A DNA stretch of 27,374 bases from a virus (lineage: Duplodnaviria; Caudoviricetes), in the IMG/VR virus record IMGVR_UViG_3300002484_001904, positions 1 through 27,374 of that record, one strand, 5' to 3'. The notes under the pieces are model-generated. The model was not told the origin of the DNA, ran no database searches, and was given only the letters and a program-made list of their open reading frames with translations. Every line of letters begins with the position of its first letter. Positions within the stretch are counted from its first letter, which is position 1. Position numbers and translations under genes: made by a program. This document shows positions 19,551-26,709 of this stretch, in pieces.

Positions 19551-19732
19551 GTCGTCGAGTCCTCAAGTAACTCAGTAAGCTGGAGTACCCTGAGGTCCCC
19601 AGTCACCCACTTAACTCTACCCCCGTATCTGGCCCAAGGCCAAGGCTCAGGTATAGCTACTCCTAACTCCGTTAGCTGGGAGATAGTATATACTATCTTG
19701 TTAAGCTCCCACGGCGTTCCTTTTACTTTCAT
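19547..19732 (-). CDS. Hypothetical protein
   Basis: AAGGAG RBS; first gene after the sigma70 promoter; ATGA-coupled to the primase. Confidence 0.6.
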   Translation of the reverse strand: MKVKGTPWELNKIVYTISQLTELGVAIPEPWPWARYGGRVKWVTGDLRVLQLTELLEDSTT

Positions 19733-19761
19733 GAAATTCTCCTTAAATAGCGTAAGCCATA

Positions 19762-19790
19762 ATGATAGCCTACTATCGCTGGTATGTCAA
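19762..19790 (-). promoter_or_regulatory. Sigma70-type promoter for the replication operon
   Basis: TTGACA-17 nt-TATCAT on the - strand, just downstream of a terminator. Confidence 0.75.
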
Positions 19791-19819
19791 GTACCCTCAA
19801 TTATGTTCCTAGCAGGAAC

Positions 19820-19858
19820 AAAAAAAAAGACCCCTCTACTATAAAAGTAAAGGGGTCT
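19820..19858 (-). terminator. Rho-independent terminator
   Basis: AGACCCCTTTACT-TTTAT-AGTAGAGGGGTCT hairpin followed by a long T run on the - strand, after the AAA+ gene. Confidence 0.85.
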
Positions 19859-19879
19859 AAGGGCCTGCTGTTATGATTA

Positions 19880-21049
19880 TTAATCTCCAAACACAGTGTT
19901 AACAAATCCGAGTACCATCTCCCGCTCGGACGGGTCATCGAGTCTATTTATGAATGCCATCATAAGAGACTTCTTGAAGTTACGGAGTGCGAGCGCATGC
20001 TGCACCCAAGACTTAAGTACGCGGAAACTTAGGATAATACTCAAAGTTTCCTGCGAGTACGCTTCTCTACTCAGTCGAGCCACCTCTACCATAGATTCAA
20101 GCAGAAGTGTTTCTGCCTCCGGGTAGAGTTTCTCCAAAGCAGCAACCTCAGTTGCTGCAGACATGAAGTCTACGTGAATGAAGGTCTGCACTCTATCTAA
20201 AGTAGACGTGTTTTGTGGTTGGGTACCAACAAACTTCCCTGACATATCACCCATACCTTTGGTGTTATCGGCAAACATGATAACTAAGTTATCTCCAGGG
20301 TGGACAAACTTACCTTCAACTGTTTTGCTGTTGTTGTTGGCAAGCATCATGCACCCGTCGTCCTCCAAAGGACGCTGCATACACATCATAATCTCAGGGG
20401 GAGCCGACCAAGGCTCATCCAAAAGCATTACCATGTTGTTCATTTGGTACGCTCTAGGAATAAGACCTTCCTCGAAGAAATCCCCCTTAGAGACATCAAT
20501 GTGGGTAACTCCCAGCATTTCATCTACGTCAGTTGCGCCATTAAAACCAAACCTAATGAAAGGTCTAGAAGTAATAGCAGCAAACTGCTCTGCACCTGTG
20601 GATTTACCAGTACTAGGTAACCCAGTAAGCATAACCTTAGGTTGGTAGATGTTCTCAACCGCACAAGCTAACCTAAACATTAGCTCAGGGTTGTGATGGT
20701 AGGTTGACATTTGGATAGGAATAAGCTTCTTCTCTTCGTCCGTGTACTCGTAATCCTTAAAAGAAGAAACCAGAATATCAAACTCTTCTGGCCAATCCTC
20801 CTTAGTACGCCCACACAGCTCACTGAGCATAACTTTTGTTCCTCCAGGAACAATTTCCTCGTCAACTACGACGTCTTCGACGTCCTTGAACCACCTGCTG
20901 CTGCCTTTCAAACCAACAGCGCTAAGCTTGTCGGCCATGCTACTAGCAGCCTTAGTGGTTCTCTGCTCCGCGACCATCGCCGCGACTTCTTTCGCAACTC
21001 TAGAAGTTGGTGTTGGTGTAACCACTGTTGTAGAAGTTGATATAACCAT
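19880..21049 (-). CDS. CobS/CbbQ/MoxR-family AAA+ ATPase
   Basis: Walker A GLPSTGKS, Walker B LLDE, ADNT.G.GD, QNTSTLDR, and a C-terminal S.R.L..W motif. Confidence 0.85.
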   Translation of the reverse strand: MVISTSTTVVTPTPTSRVAKEVAAMVAEQRTTKAASSMADKLSAVGLKGSSRWFKDVEDVVVDEEIVPGGTKVMLSELCGRTKEDWPEEFDILVSSFKDYEYTDEEKKLIPIQMSTYHHNPELMFRLACAVENIYQPKVMLTGLPSTGKSTGAEQFAAITSRPFIRFGFNGATDVDEMLGVTHIDVSKGDFFEEGLIPRAYQMNNMVMLLDEPWSAPPEIMMCMQRPLEDDGCMMLANNNSKTVEGKFVHPGDNLVIMFADNTKGMGDMSGKFVGTQPQNTSTLDRVQTFIHVDFMSAATEVAALEKLYPEAETLLLESMVEVARLSREAYSQETLSIILSFRVLKSWVQHALALRNFKKSLMMAFINRLDDPSEREMVLGFVNTVFGD

Positions 21050-21112
21050 CTTACTTTACCTCTGTTGATTGTATTGTAAAAGTACCTCTCTAATCTAATA
21101 AAGTGGTACAGA

Positions 21113-21144
21113 CTAAAGTACTCACGAAGTTTGAGTACTCTAGT
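21113..21144 (-). other. Intergenic stem-loop between the vWA and AAA+ genes
   Basis: ACTAAAGTACTCA-CGAAGTT-TGAGTACTCTAGT; the single mismatch is a G-U pair on the - strand. No U tract. Confidence 0.5.
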
Positions 21145-21161
21145 GCTGTCACACCTCCTTT

Positions 21162-23027
21162 CTACTTACGTAGAATACAGTCTTTAAGCGTAGAAATCAA
21201 GGCATCGGGTAGCTCCTGAAGCTTATTAACTACGTAGTTGTTTTTGTAAAACCTAATTACATTTGAATCTAAAATCCCTATCCCTAATATATCTACGTTA
21301 GGGTCATCTTCAACCTTCTTAACTACGTAGGTAGTGAAACTTGCACTATCACCCCTACCAGAAGCAGGACTGCCGTCCGACAGTACACATATAATTTTAC
21401 GTGGCTGCTTCTGTTGTAAGATGCGATGGTAAGCTACTAAAATGCTATCTCCATCAGCGTTTTCAACCATTAGTTTAGAAGTTTCTAGAAGATTGCGCCT
21501 AAGATTATTAGGCGTTATTGGAGTGTTAAACTCTTTAGCTATCGTATAACGATTATCCAAAGTATTCACCTCCGTAAACGCAGCAATCTCTACGTTAATC
21601 TTCAACGTTTTGCATAAGGATTCTAGCCCTATTGCAGCTGCAATGGCAGTGTTTATCTCCTCCCCGTACATAGAACCAGACGCATCTACTAGTACTAAGA
21701 GGGCACAGTCTAGCGCTTTGGATACGTCCTTATTTTTAAACACCTTATCCCTTAGGTTAGCGTTAGCACCAAGTACTCTGTGGAGTTTGGTTCCGTGTAT
21801 CTTCCCTTTCTTCTTATTGAAACCTACTTTTTTACGAGTCTCAACTTGAAGATACCTCTTAGCTCTAGCAGTCATAGACGATATATTCAAAGTGTTTAAT
21901 TTACTTTGAACATTCTCGTCAGTAGCTCCAGGTCCACCCCTAATAGAACTACTCTTAATCGCTTTAAAAGTGCGATGTAAGTTTACTACTGTGGTGGTAT
22001 CATCTGTATGTGGTGAATATACTTCAGAAAACCTAGTTGGTCTCCACCTAGAATAATCAATAGATATACCAGTTCCGGTAGTATCCATAGAATCTCGGTG
22101 GTCACTGTACGCTATATCCTCGTAGGGGATAGTATACGGCGGAACTTCTCCGTCTACACTCTCTCCTTCCTCGGTTACAGTACTTTCAGTTTCTTCAGAA
22201 CCTCCTTTTTCTTCGCCGGTATCCTCAGAAGGTTCCCCATCATCACAGGGGTCGCCGTCTTTGGACTCCTCACCTTCAGAAGACTCACCTTTTTCTCCTT
22301 CCTCATCTTCTCCCTCATCATCTGGGGGCTGGGGTGGAGGTGGGTCATCTTTAGGTTTCTTAGATTCATTGTAGTTAAATACCTTCTCAAGTATTTCATC
22401 TACAAAATCTAACTCAGCAACCGCAGTCTCTAACTCACAATACCTCTTGAAGTAATCGCTCGTTAGTATGCGGTACTGTTCCGCTTCGATATCGTTATGC
22501 CAGCGTGAGAATAACTTATCGACATTTTCTAGGGTTGGATTCCAGACGCTGCGAGCTAAAGTGTCAAAGGGTAGCAATACTTTCATTATGCTACCAAATG
22601 CATCTAATCCAGGATTAGACCACCCTTTAGTAGCTACCTCTCTAAGCATAGCTACCGAGGATACCTTATGCCAGTCATACATACCTAAGTATTTATAGCA
22701 TCTAAGCTTATCATTACGTCCGTCGTCTACTAAGTTAAATACAAACCCTCGCACACTATTTGTGTTTAGATTTTTAATAAACTTAGGATGCCAAACGTCT
22801 TTACATACGCCTAGGTGGTGTCCACACTCGTGGCCATTAACGTCAAACCACTGGATAATCTCCGCCTTCTCCCACTTAGGGTCAGGAGTCCTAACATAGA
22901 TAGTGCCCTCGTTTGTTCTAGGGCACTGGTTAGGGTCCTGCGGGCTGAGATACGCAGTGGCTAAACCCGCTTCCGCTGCTATAGCACGGTTCATACCTTG
23001 CACTGCATGACAGTCGTTAAACAACAT
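21162..23027 (-). CDS. CobT-like protein: N-terminal HExxH domain, acidic linker, C-terminal vWA domain
   Basis: HECGH, DDGR.D, an Asp/Glu-rich linker, MIDAS DASGS, N.DG, LSDG.P and GIGI. Confidence 0.85.
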   Translation of the reverse strand: MLFNDCHAVQGMNRAIAAEAGLATAYLSPQDPNQCPRTNEGTIYVRTPDPKWEKAEIIQWFDVNGHECGHHLGVCKDVWHPKFIKNLNTNSVRGFVFNLVDDGRNDKLRCYKYLGMYDWHKVSSVAMLREVATKGWSNPGLDAFGSIMKVLLPFDTLARSVWNPTLENVDKLFSRWHNDIEAEQYRILTSDYFKRYCELETAVAELDFVDEILEKVFNYNESKKPKDDPPPPQPPDDEGEDEEGEKGESSEGEESKDGDPCDDGEPSEDTGEEKGGSEETESTVTEEGESVDGEVPPYTIPYEDIAYSDHRDSMDTTGTGISIDYSRWRPTRFSEVYSPHTDDTTTVVNLHRTFKAIKSSSIRGGPGATDENVQSKLNTLNISSMTARAKRYLQVETRKKVGFNKKKGKIHGTKLHRVLGANANLRDKVFKNKDVSKALDCALLVLVDASGSMYGEEINTAIAAAIGLESLCKTLKINVEIAAFTEVNTLDNRYTIAKEFNTPITPNNLRRNLLETSKLMVENADGDSILVAYHRILQQKQPRKIICVLSDGSPASGRGDSASFTTYVVKKVEDDPNVDILGIGILDSNVIRFYKNNYVVNKLQELPDALISTLKDCILRK

Positions 23028-23156
23028 ATATATTTACTCCTTTCTGTTTGTTTTACCTATCTATATAGCATATATATTAGTATATACTATATAAATAGAT
23101 ATACAAGAACTATAGTATATCTATTAAATATGTTCCTAACAGGAACATATTTGTAA

Positions 23157-23354
23157 TTAGTTGTCCTCGCGATGGAAGGGTTCGTGCAGGTTGCCTCCGA
23201 GTTCTGTCACCTCCGTGATGAACTCGACAACCGAATCGTTTTTAACGTCGAATCGGCAGTATTGCGGGAACACTACAGAAGAATTGTGCCACAATCTACC
23301 ACTAACGTCGCGATGAATTAATTCACCACAGTGTTTACAGGTTTTATCCATCAT
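23157..23354 (-). CDS. Hypothetical early protein
   Basis: AAGGA RBS; CKHCG...WH motif. Confidence 0.55.
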   Translation of the reverse strand: MMDKTCKHCGELIHRDVSGRLWHNSSVVFPQYCRFDVKNDSVVEFITEVTELGGNLHEPFHREDN

Positions 23355-23394
23355 CTTTATCCTTCATAGTTATACCGTATCAAAAAATAGATAC

Positions 23395-23499
23395 GGCAAT
23401 GAGACTATCCAGAGACTAACAACAGTGACGTGAGGGACTAAAACTCGGTACCATCTGTTTGTATCGTAGTTTGATGTTAGCAGGTCGTCTCATTACCTT
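23395..23499 (-). ncRNA. Putative structured RNA element, copy 1
   Basis: Outer stem GGUAAUGAGAC/GUCUCAUUGCC and apical UGGUACCGA are shared with copy 2; G-U pairs point to the - strand. Confidence 0.6.
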
Positions 23500-23611
23500 A
23501 TTTACTTAAACGGGTTTTATATGCATTTAAGCGCATACGGGTCAGTAGTACAGTACCTCGTAGTTATCGAGGTCTGCGCCTACCTTATTGTTTCCTCACC
23601 AAAATAGGCAA

Positions 23612-23713
23612 GGCAATGAGACTATCCAAACATGTAACCAGGGCTTCCATTGACTGTACGTCGGTACCACTGACAGTGTAGAAGATAGTTAGGTTCAGTC
23701 GTCTCATTACCTT
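23612..23713 (-). ncRNA. Putative structured RNA element, copy 2
   Basis: Same three invariant blocks; inner helices UAACUA/UGGUUA, CUUCUA/UGGAAG and ACUGU/ACAGU. Confidence 0.6.
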
Positions 23714-23728
23714 TACTATTGTTGGTGA

Positions 23729-23950
23729 TTACTTGTTGAAAAACAATCGAATGATATCGTCAGCAAGCTCCTGATTATTAGGCTGGCGCTCGCTTGTCCG
23801 AAACATTTTCGCTCGCTTATTCCTCATCCTCCGGTCTTCTGCGATGTAGCGCATAGCATGTGCTGTGCGGCGCTTCTTACCGGATTTCTTACACCCCTTA
23901 CTACCCTTACTTTTGGTAGGCTTGGGGATATTGATAGTGTTATTAGCCAT
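23729..23950 (-). CDS. Small highly basic early protein
   Basis: GAGGAG RBS; 73 aa, Lys/Arg-rich; ends 15 nt before RNA element copy 2. Confidence 0.7.
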   Translation of the reverse strand: MANNTINIPKPTKSKGSKGCKKSGKKRRTAHAMRYIAEDRRMRNKRAKMFRTSERQPNNQELADDIIRLFFNK

Positions 23951-24036
23951 ATCATCTCCTCATTATATGCGGGTTAGAAGTTAAGCGCATATAGGCGTAT
24001 ATGCTAGCATTTACCAGCATATACGGCCATATCAGC

Positions 24037-24231
24037 TCATATAGACAATATATCATCTATATCCACTAGGGGCTGGCATGGTTCCTCAAAATCCAGCACC
24101 TCAATTGCTACCATATACTCCTCTAACTCACACTCTAAATCAATCTGATTTAGCCATTCACGCGCCATATCAAGACTGGTAGTCTGTGCGGTTACCCGGT
24201 CACAATTTAATGTGACATGGTAGAGTGTCAT
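24037..24231 (-). CDS. Small acidic early protein
   Basis: Likely start is the ATG at 24231 (MTLYHV...), ATGA-coupled to the upstream peptide ORF. Confidence 0.55.
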   Translation of the reverse strand: MTLYHVTLNCDRVTAQTTSLDMAREWLNQIDLECELEEYMVAIEVLDFEEPCQPLVDIDDILSI

Positions 24232-24317
24232 CGTCGTGTACCCAATATCATGAATACCTGAACAAACAGATACACGATACCAATACACGCTAAAAACGTC
24301 ATTAATGAATCAATCAT
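24228..24317 (-). CDS. 29-aa single-pass membrane peptide (not in ORF track)
   Basis: GGAG RBS; MIDSLMTFLACIGIVYLFVQVFMILGTRR. Confidence 0.55.
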   Translation of the reverse strand: MIDSLMTFLACIGIVYLFVQVFMILGTRR

Positions 24318-24639
24318 TATTATCTCCACTGTGCATTAGCGCACAAGGTGTCAGACTCTACCAGCTTGCCCAATAGCTTTATTGGGAATCTGACACGTTG
24401 TTAGTTAACGCATAATGTATTTCTCCATTGATTGTATATGAGCCACTTATGTTCCTGTAGGAACATAATTAAAAAGAAATCAAGGCCCGCAGGGGTCTCG
24501 CATGGCGGGCGCATGCGCCGAGCGCCTATAAATATTTTAGCTGTTTTTGGCTCTCAAGTTCCCAGATTTTATTATGGGAAGGTCTAATAAGTATAATGGA
24601 TAGCACTCAGTTCGAGTGCTATCGATATACATACTACGT

Positions 24640-25317
24640 TTACGTTGACGGTGGATAGATAGCCTGGATGTCGGTCACGGCCGCCTCTGCAGCCTCGGCG
24701 GGATTCTCCATTTCACCTAGGCACTTCAGCAGCCGCGTCAGCGCCTTTGCCAGCGCGGCAGCGTTTTTGACTTCAACCTCCGCTGCCGTGGGCGTAGGCT
24801 TAGCAGCCTCCCGCGCTTCGGCGATGGCTTCCCCGCACGCATCCTTTGTGAGCAGGTCTCCATTTTCATCGTAATGTGAGACCCCACACTCGAACATCCC
24901 GCGGATTGTACTCTTCGCGGAGCGGTAAGCCAGCGTGGTGTGTTCTGATACAAAAACCTTACCAGCCTTCGACCGTTTGATTGCTGAGTCCGGGATGTGC
25001 AGTTCAACCCACGCAACCTCGGCGTCATTCATGGCCTTTGCGCAGTCACTCCAGTTGTCGAAGTTGCTGATTGCGATGCGCCGCTGCCGGTTGAAGGTGT
25101 CCTCTGAGAATCCCCGGAGGCCGACGTAGATACCCACGATTTCCGTGAATTCCTGCGTCGGCGTCAGCACCTCTGCGGTCTCCTGAGCGTCATCAACGAC
25201 AACGTCAGCTGCGTCCGCGAACGGATTCGACTGCTCAACCTCAGCGTCATCAACGACAACGCCTTCGACCGACAAGCTATCTACCACATTGTAATATTTA
25301 GTTAGCTGATTTTTCAT
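24640..25317 (-). CDS. Hypothetical early protein (first ORF of the - strand block)
   Basis: AAAGGA RBS; 225 aa, acidic N-terminus, 'AYRSAKS.I...GV..DENG' motif; visibly more GC-rich than its neighbours. Confidence 0.75.
   Translation of the reverse strand: MKNQLTKYYNVVDSLSVEGVVVDDAEVEQSNPFADAADVVVDDAQETAEVLTPTQEFTEIVGIYVGLRGFSEDTFNRQRRIAISNFDNWSDCAKAMNDAEVAWVELHIPDSAIKRSKAGKVFVSEHTTLAYRSAKSTIRGMFECGVSHYDENGDLLTKDACGEAIAEAREAAKPTPTAAEVEVKNAAALAKALTRLLKCLGEMENPAEAAEAAVTDIQAIYPPST
25186..25261. repeat. 19-bp direct repeat inside the CDS (encodes VVVDDA twice)
   Basis: AGCGTCATCAACGACAACG at 25186-25204 and 25243-25261. Confidence 0.8.
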
Positions 25318-25927
25318 CCTTTTTCCTTTCTATTGATTATGTTCCTATCAGGAACATTTTAAGAGGTGTGGTATTTCTACCACACAATGTTGTAATTATA
25401 CAACATTTTACTGCACCCTGCCAGCGCAACTGTCACCACCTACGAAGGCACAGTAAAATGTTCCCCTCATAGAGGGGAACAACACGTTATGTAACTACTA
25501 TCAACAATGTGTCCTTGCGACCTGCAGCACCCGCGCATGGATTAAATAGTGTGGTTCAATGTTCACCGCGCTCTCAGCGGTCGGTAGGCTTTTATCTACT
25601 GTGTCGTCCACCTGTATCGTGGAACTGCATTCATGCCGACTGAGCGCGCTCCCTGCGCTCTCAAGTTTACCTGTACCCTATCACTACTTACCATGCGACC
25701 AAGTGTATTCGGTCCCCTAATCTCCGCCCGCCGAATAAACGGTCTTATGTTGGTCCTAGGGTCTATGCACGATACATCGCTAGCGTGCTGGCGTGCTGCA
25801 AATTGCCAAGCGCCTTTGGCGGCGCTCACTGGTGCAGCCCAGTGTCTTAGAGTCTAGCGGTAGCGACATGCTCCCTAGTGGAAGCGGCTGTCCGCGTCCC
25901 CGCACGCCTGCGGGGCAACATTAATAA

Positions 25928-25943
25928 TGCAATTCCCATGCCA
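25928..25943 (-). promoter_or_regulatory. Sigma54 (-24/-12) promoter motif
   Basis: TGGCATGGGAATTGCA fits TGGCAY-N5-TTGCW. Confidence 0.7.
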
Positions 25944-25982
25944 AGTTTAAGTCATTGATTTTACATGACGCTCAAGGCGGAG

Positions 25983-26032
25983 GTGACGCAGAGCGTCACA
26001 TTGTGACGTCACATTGTGACGTAGAGCGTCAC
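25983..26032. repeat. Nested GTGACG/CGTCAC palindrome array
   Basis: GTGACGCAGAGCGTCAC-ATT-GTGACGTCAC-ATT-GTGACGTAGAGCGTCAC. Confidence 0.8.
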
Positions 26033-26428
26033 TTTAGACTTTGCTAATATACCCAGGGCCGCGTATGTCAAATTATAGTTATTAATCAATGACTTAGCCC
26101 TACTGATAATGTTATCAGTAACTACGTATATTAGTATTGTCTAATATAATCGTAGAGCCTCTTTTTAGGCTCTGTGAGAGGCGCTATTCTCCACCCGCTA
26201 CCCTGATGCTCCGAGGGTGAGAACTCACTAATAAGATATAGTCTCATTTAGAATTATATCGTTTGAAATCAATAGGTTACGGGTAATTCTACGTTTTAGC
26301 TATTTCTTTATTAATCAATGACTTAAAATGATAGACTTATCATTAGTGAAGCTATTGATAATATTATCATTATACACCAGACAGACTTAATATTAGTAAC
26401 TGCTAATATACATTTAATTCAATTATTA

Positions 26429-26444
26429 TGCAATTAACGTGCCA
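26429..26444 (-). promoter_or_regulatory. Sigma54 (-24/-12) promoter motif
   Basis: TGGCACGTTAATTGCA is a near-perfect consensus match. Confidence 0.75.
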
Positions 26445-26455
26445 ACTAATTAGAT

Positions 26456-26475
26456 GTTAGTGAGTACTCACTAAC
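26456..26475. promoter_or_regulatory. 20-bp perfect palindrome containing the SlmA-binding consensus
   Basis: GTTAGTGAGTACTCACTAAC; the core GTGAGTACTCAC (26460-26471) is the E. coli SBS consensus. Confidence 0.65.
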
Positions 26476-26611
26476 CCACGTCATCCAGGCTTTATCCAGG
26501 CTTTAGTACTGGGTAGTGTGGTACCAAACCAGTCACATAGGTACCAATTTTGTTCCTGTAGGAACTTAATAACCAATCAATTAGTTGGATTGCCTGCGAC
26601 CGACTAATTAA

Positions 26612-26709
26612 AGGTACAATGAAGGTACATCAAAGGTACAATTAAGGTACAACGACAAGGTGCAGGTACAATCTATCCCCAGGTTATCCACAGGTACAGT
26701 GCAGGTACA
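26612..26709 (+). repeat. AGGTACA iteron-like repeats with an embedded DnaA box
   Basis: AGGTACA at 26612, 26623, 26634, 26645, 26664, 26692 and 26703; TTATCCACA at 26684-26692. Confidence 0.8.

Larger units (their letters stand above)
3739..26565. repeat. Dispersed palindrome family GTTCCT-N1-3-AGGAAC (13 copies)
   Basis: Cores start at 3739, 8697, 9827, 12552, 14707, 16606, 18163, 19805, 20838, 23132, 24451, 25341 and 26552; ten are perfect and three carry one mismatch. Confidence 0.9.

Noticed and set aside
23395-23713. CRISPR mini-array or canonical TIGR array
   Set aside because: There are only two units, three different constant blocks, and self-pairing variable segments much longer than TIGR spacers. 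No Cas or Nop-domain gene is present in the window.
10937-25129. Alternate-frame or + strand ORFs inside the replication and early genes (e.g. 13432-13830, 11515-11886, 20178-20648)
   Set aside because: They are nested in well-supported genes and lack independent evidence.
25596-25857. Two overlapping ~75-aa ORFs in the leader region
   Set aside because: No clear RBS or protein-like features; more likely non-coding.
25983-26032. matS (MatP) or CRP sites
   Set aside because: The GTGAC/GTCAC half-sites are spaced by 7 or 0 nt, not the 3 nt of matS, and do not fit TGTGA-N6-TCACA.
26046-26071. Sigma70 promoter on the - strand (TTGACA at 26066-26071)
   Set aside because: There is no good -10 hexamer at 16-18 nt spacing.
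3739-26565. Dispersed palindrome as a LexA/SOS box
   Set aside because: Orientation and variable spacing do not fit GAAC-N4-GTTC, GTTC-N7-GTTC or TGTTC-N4-GAACA, and several copies are intragenic.
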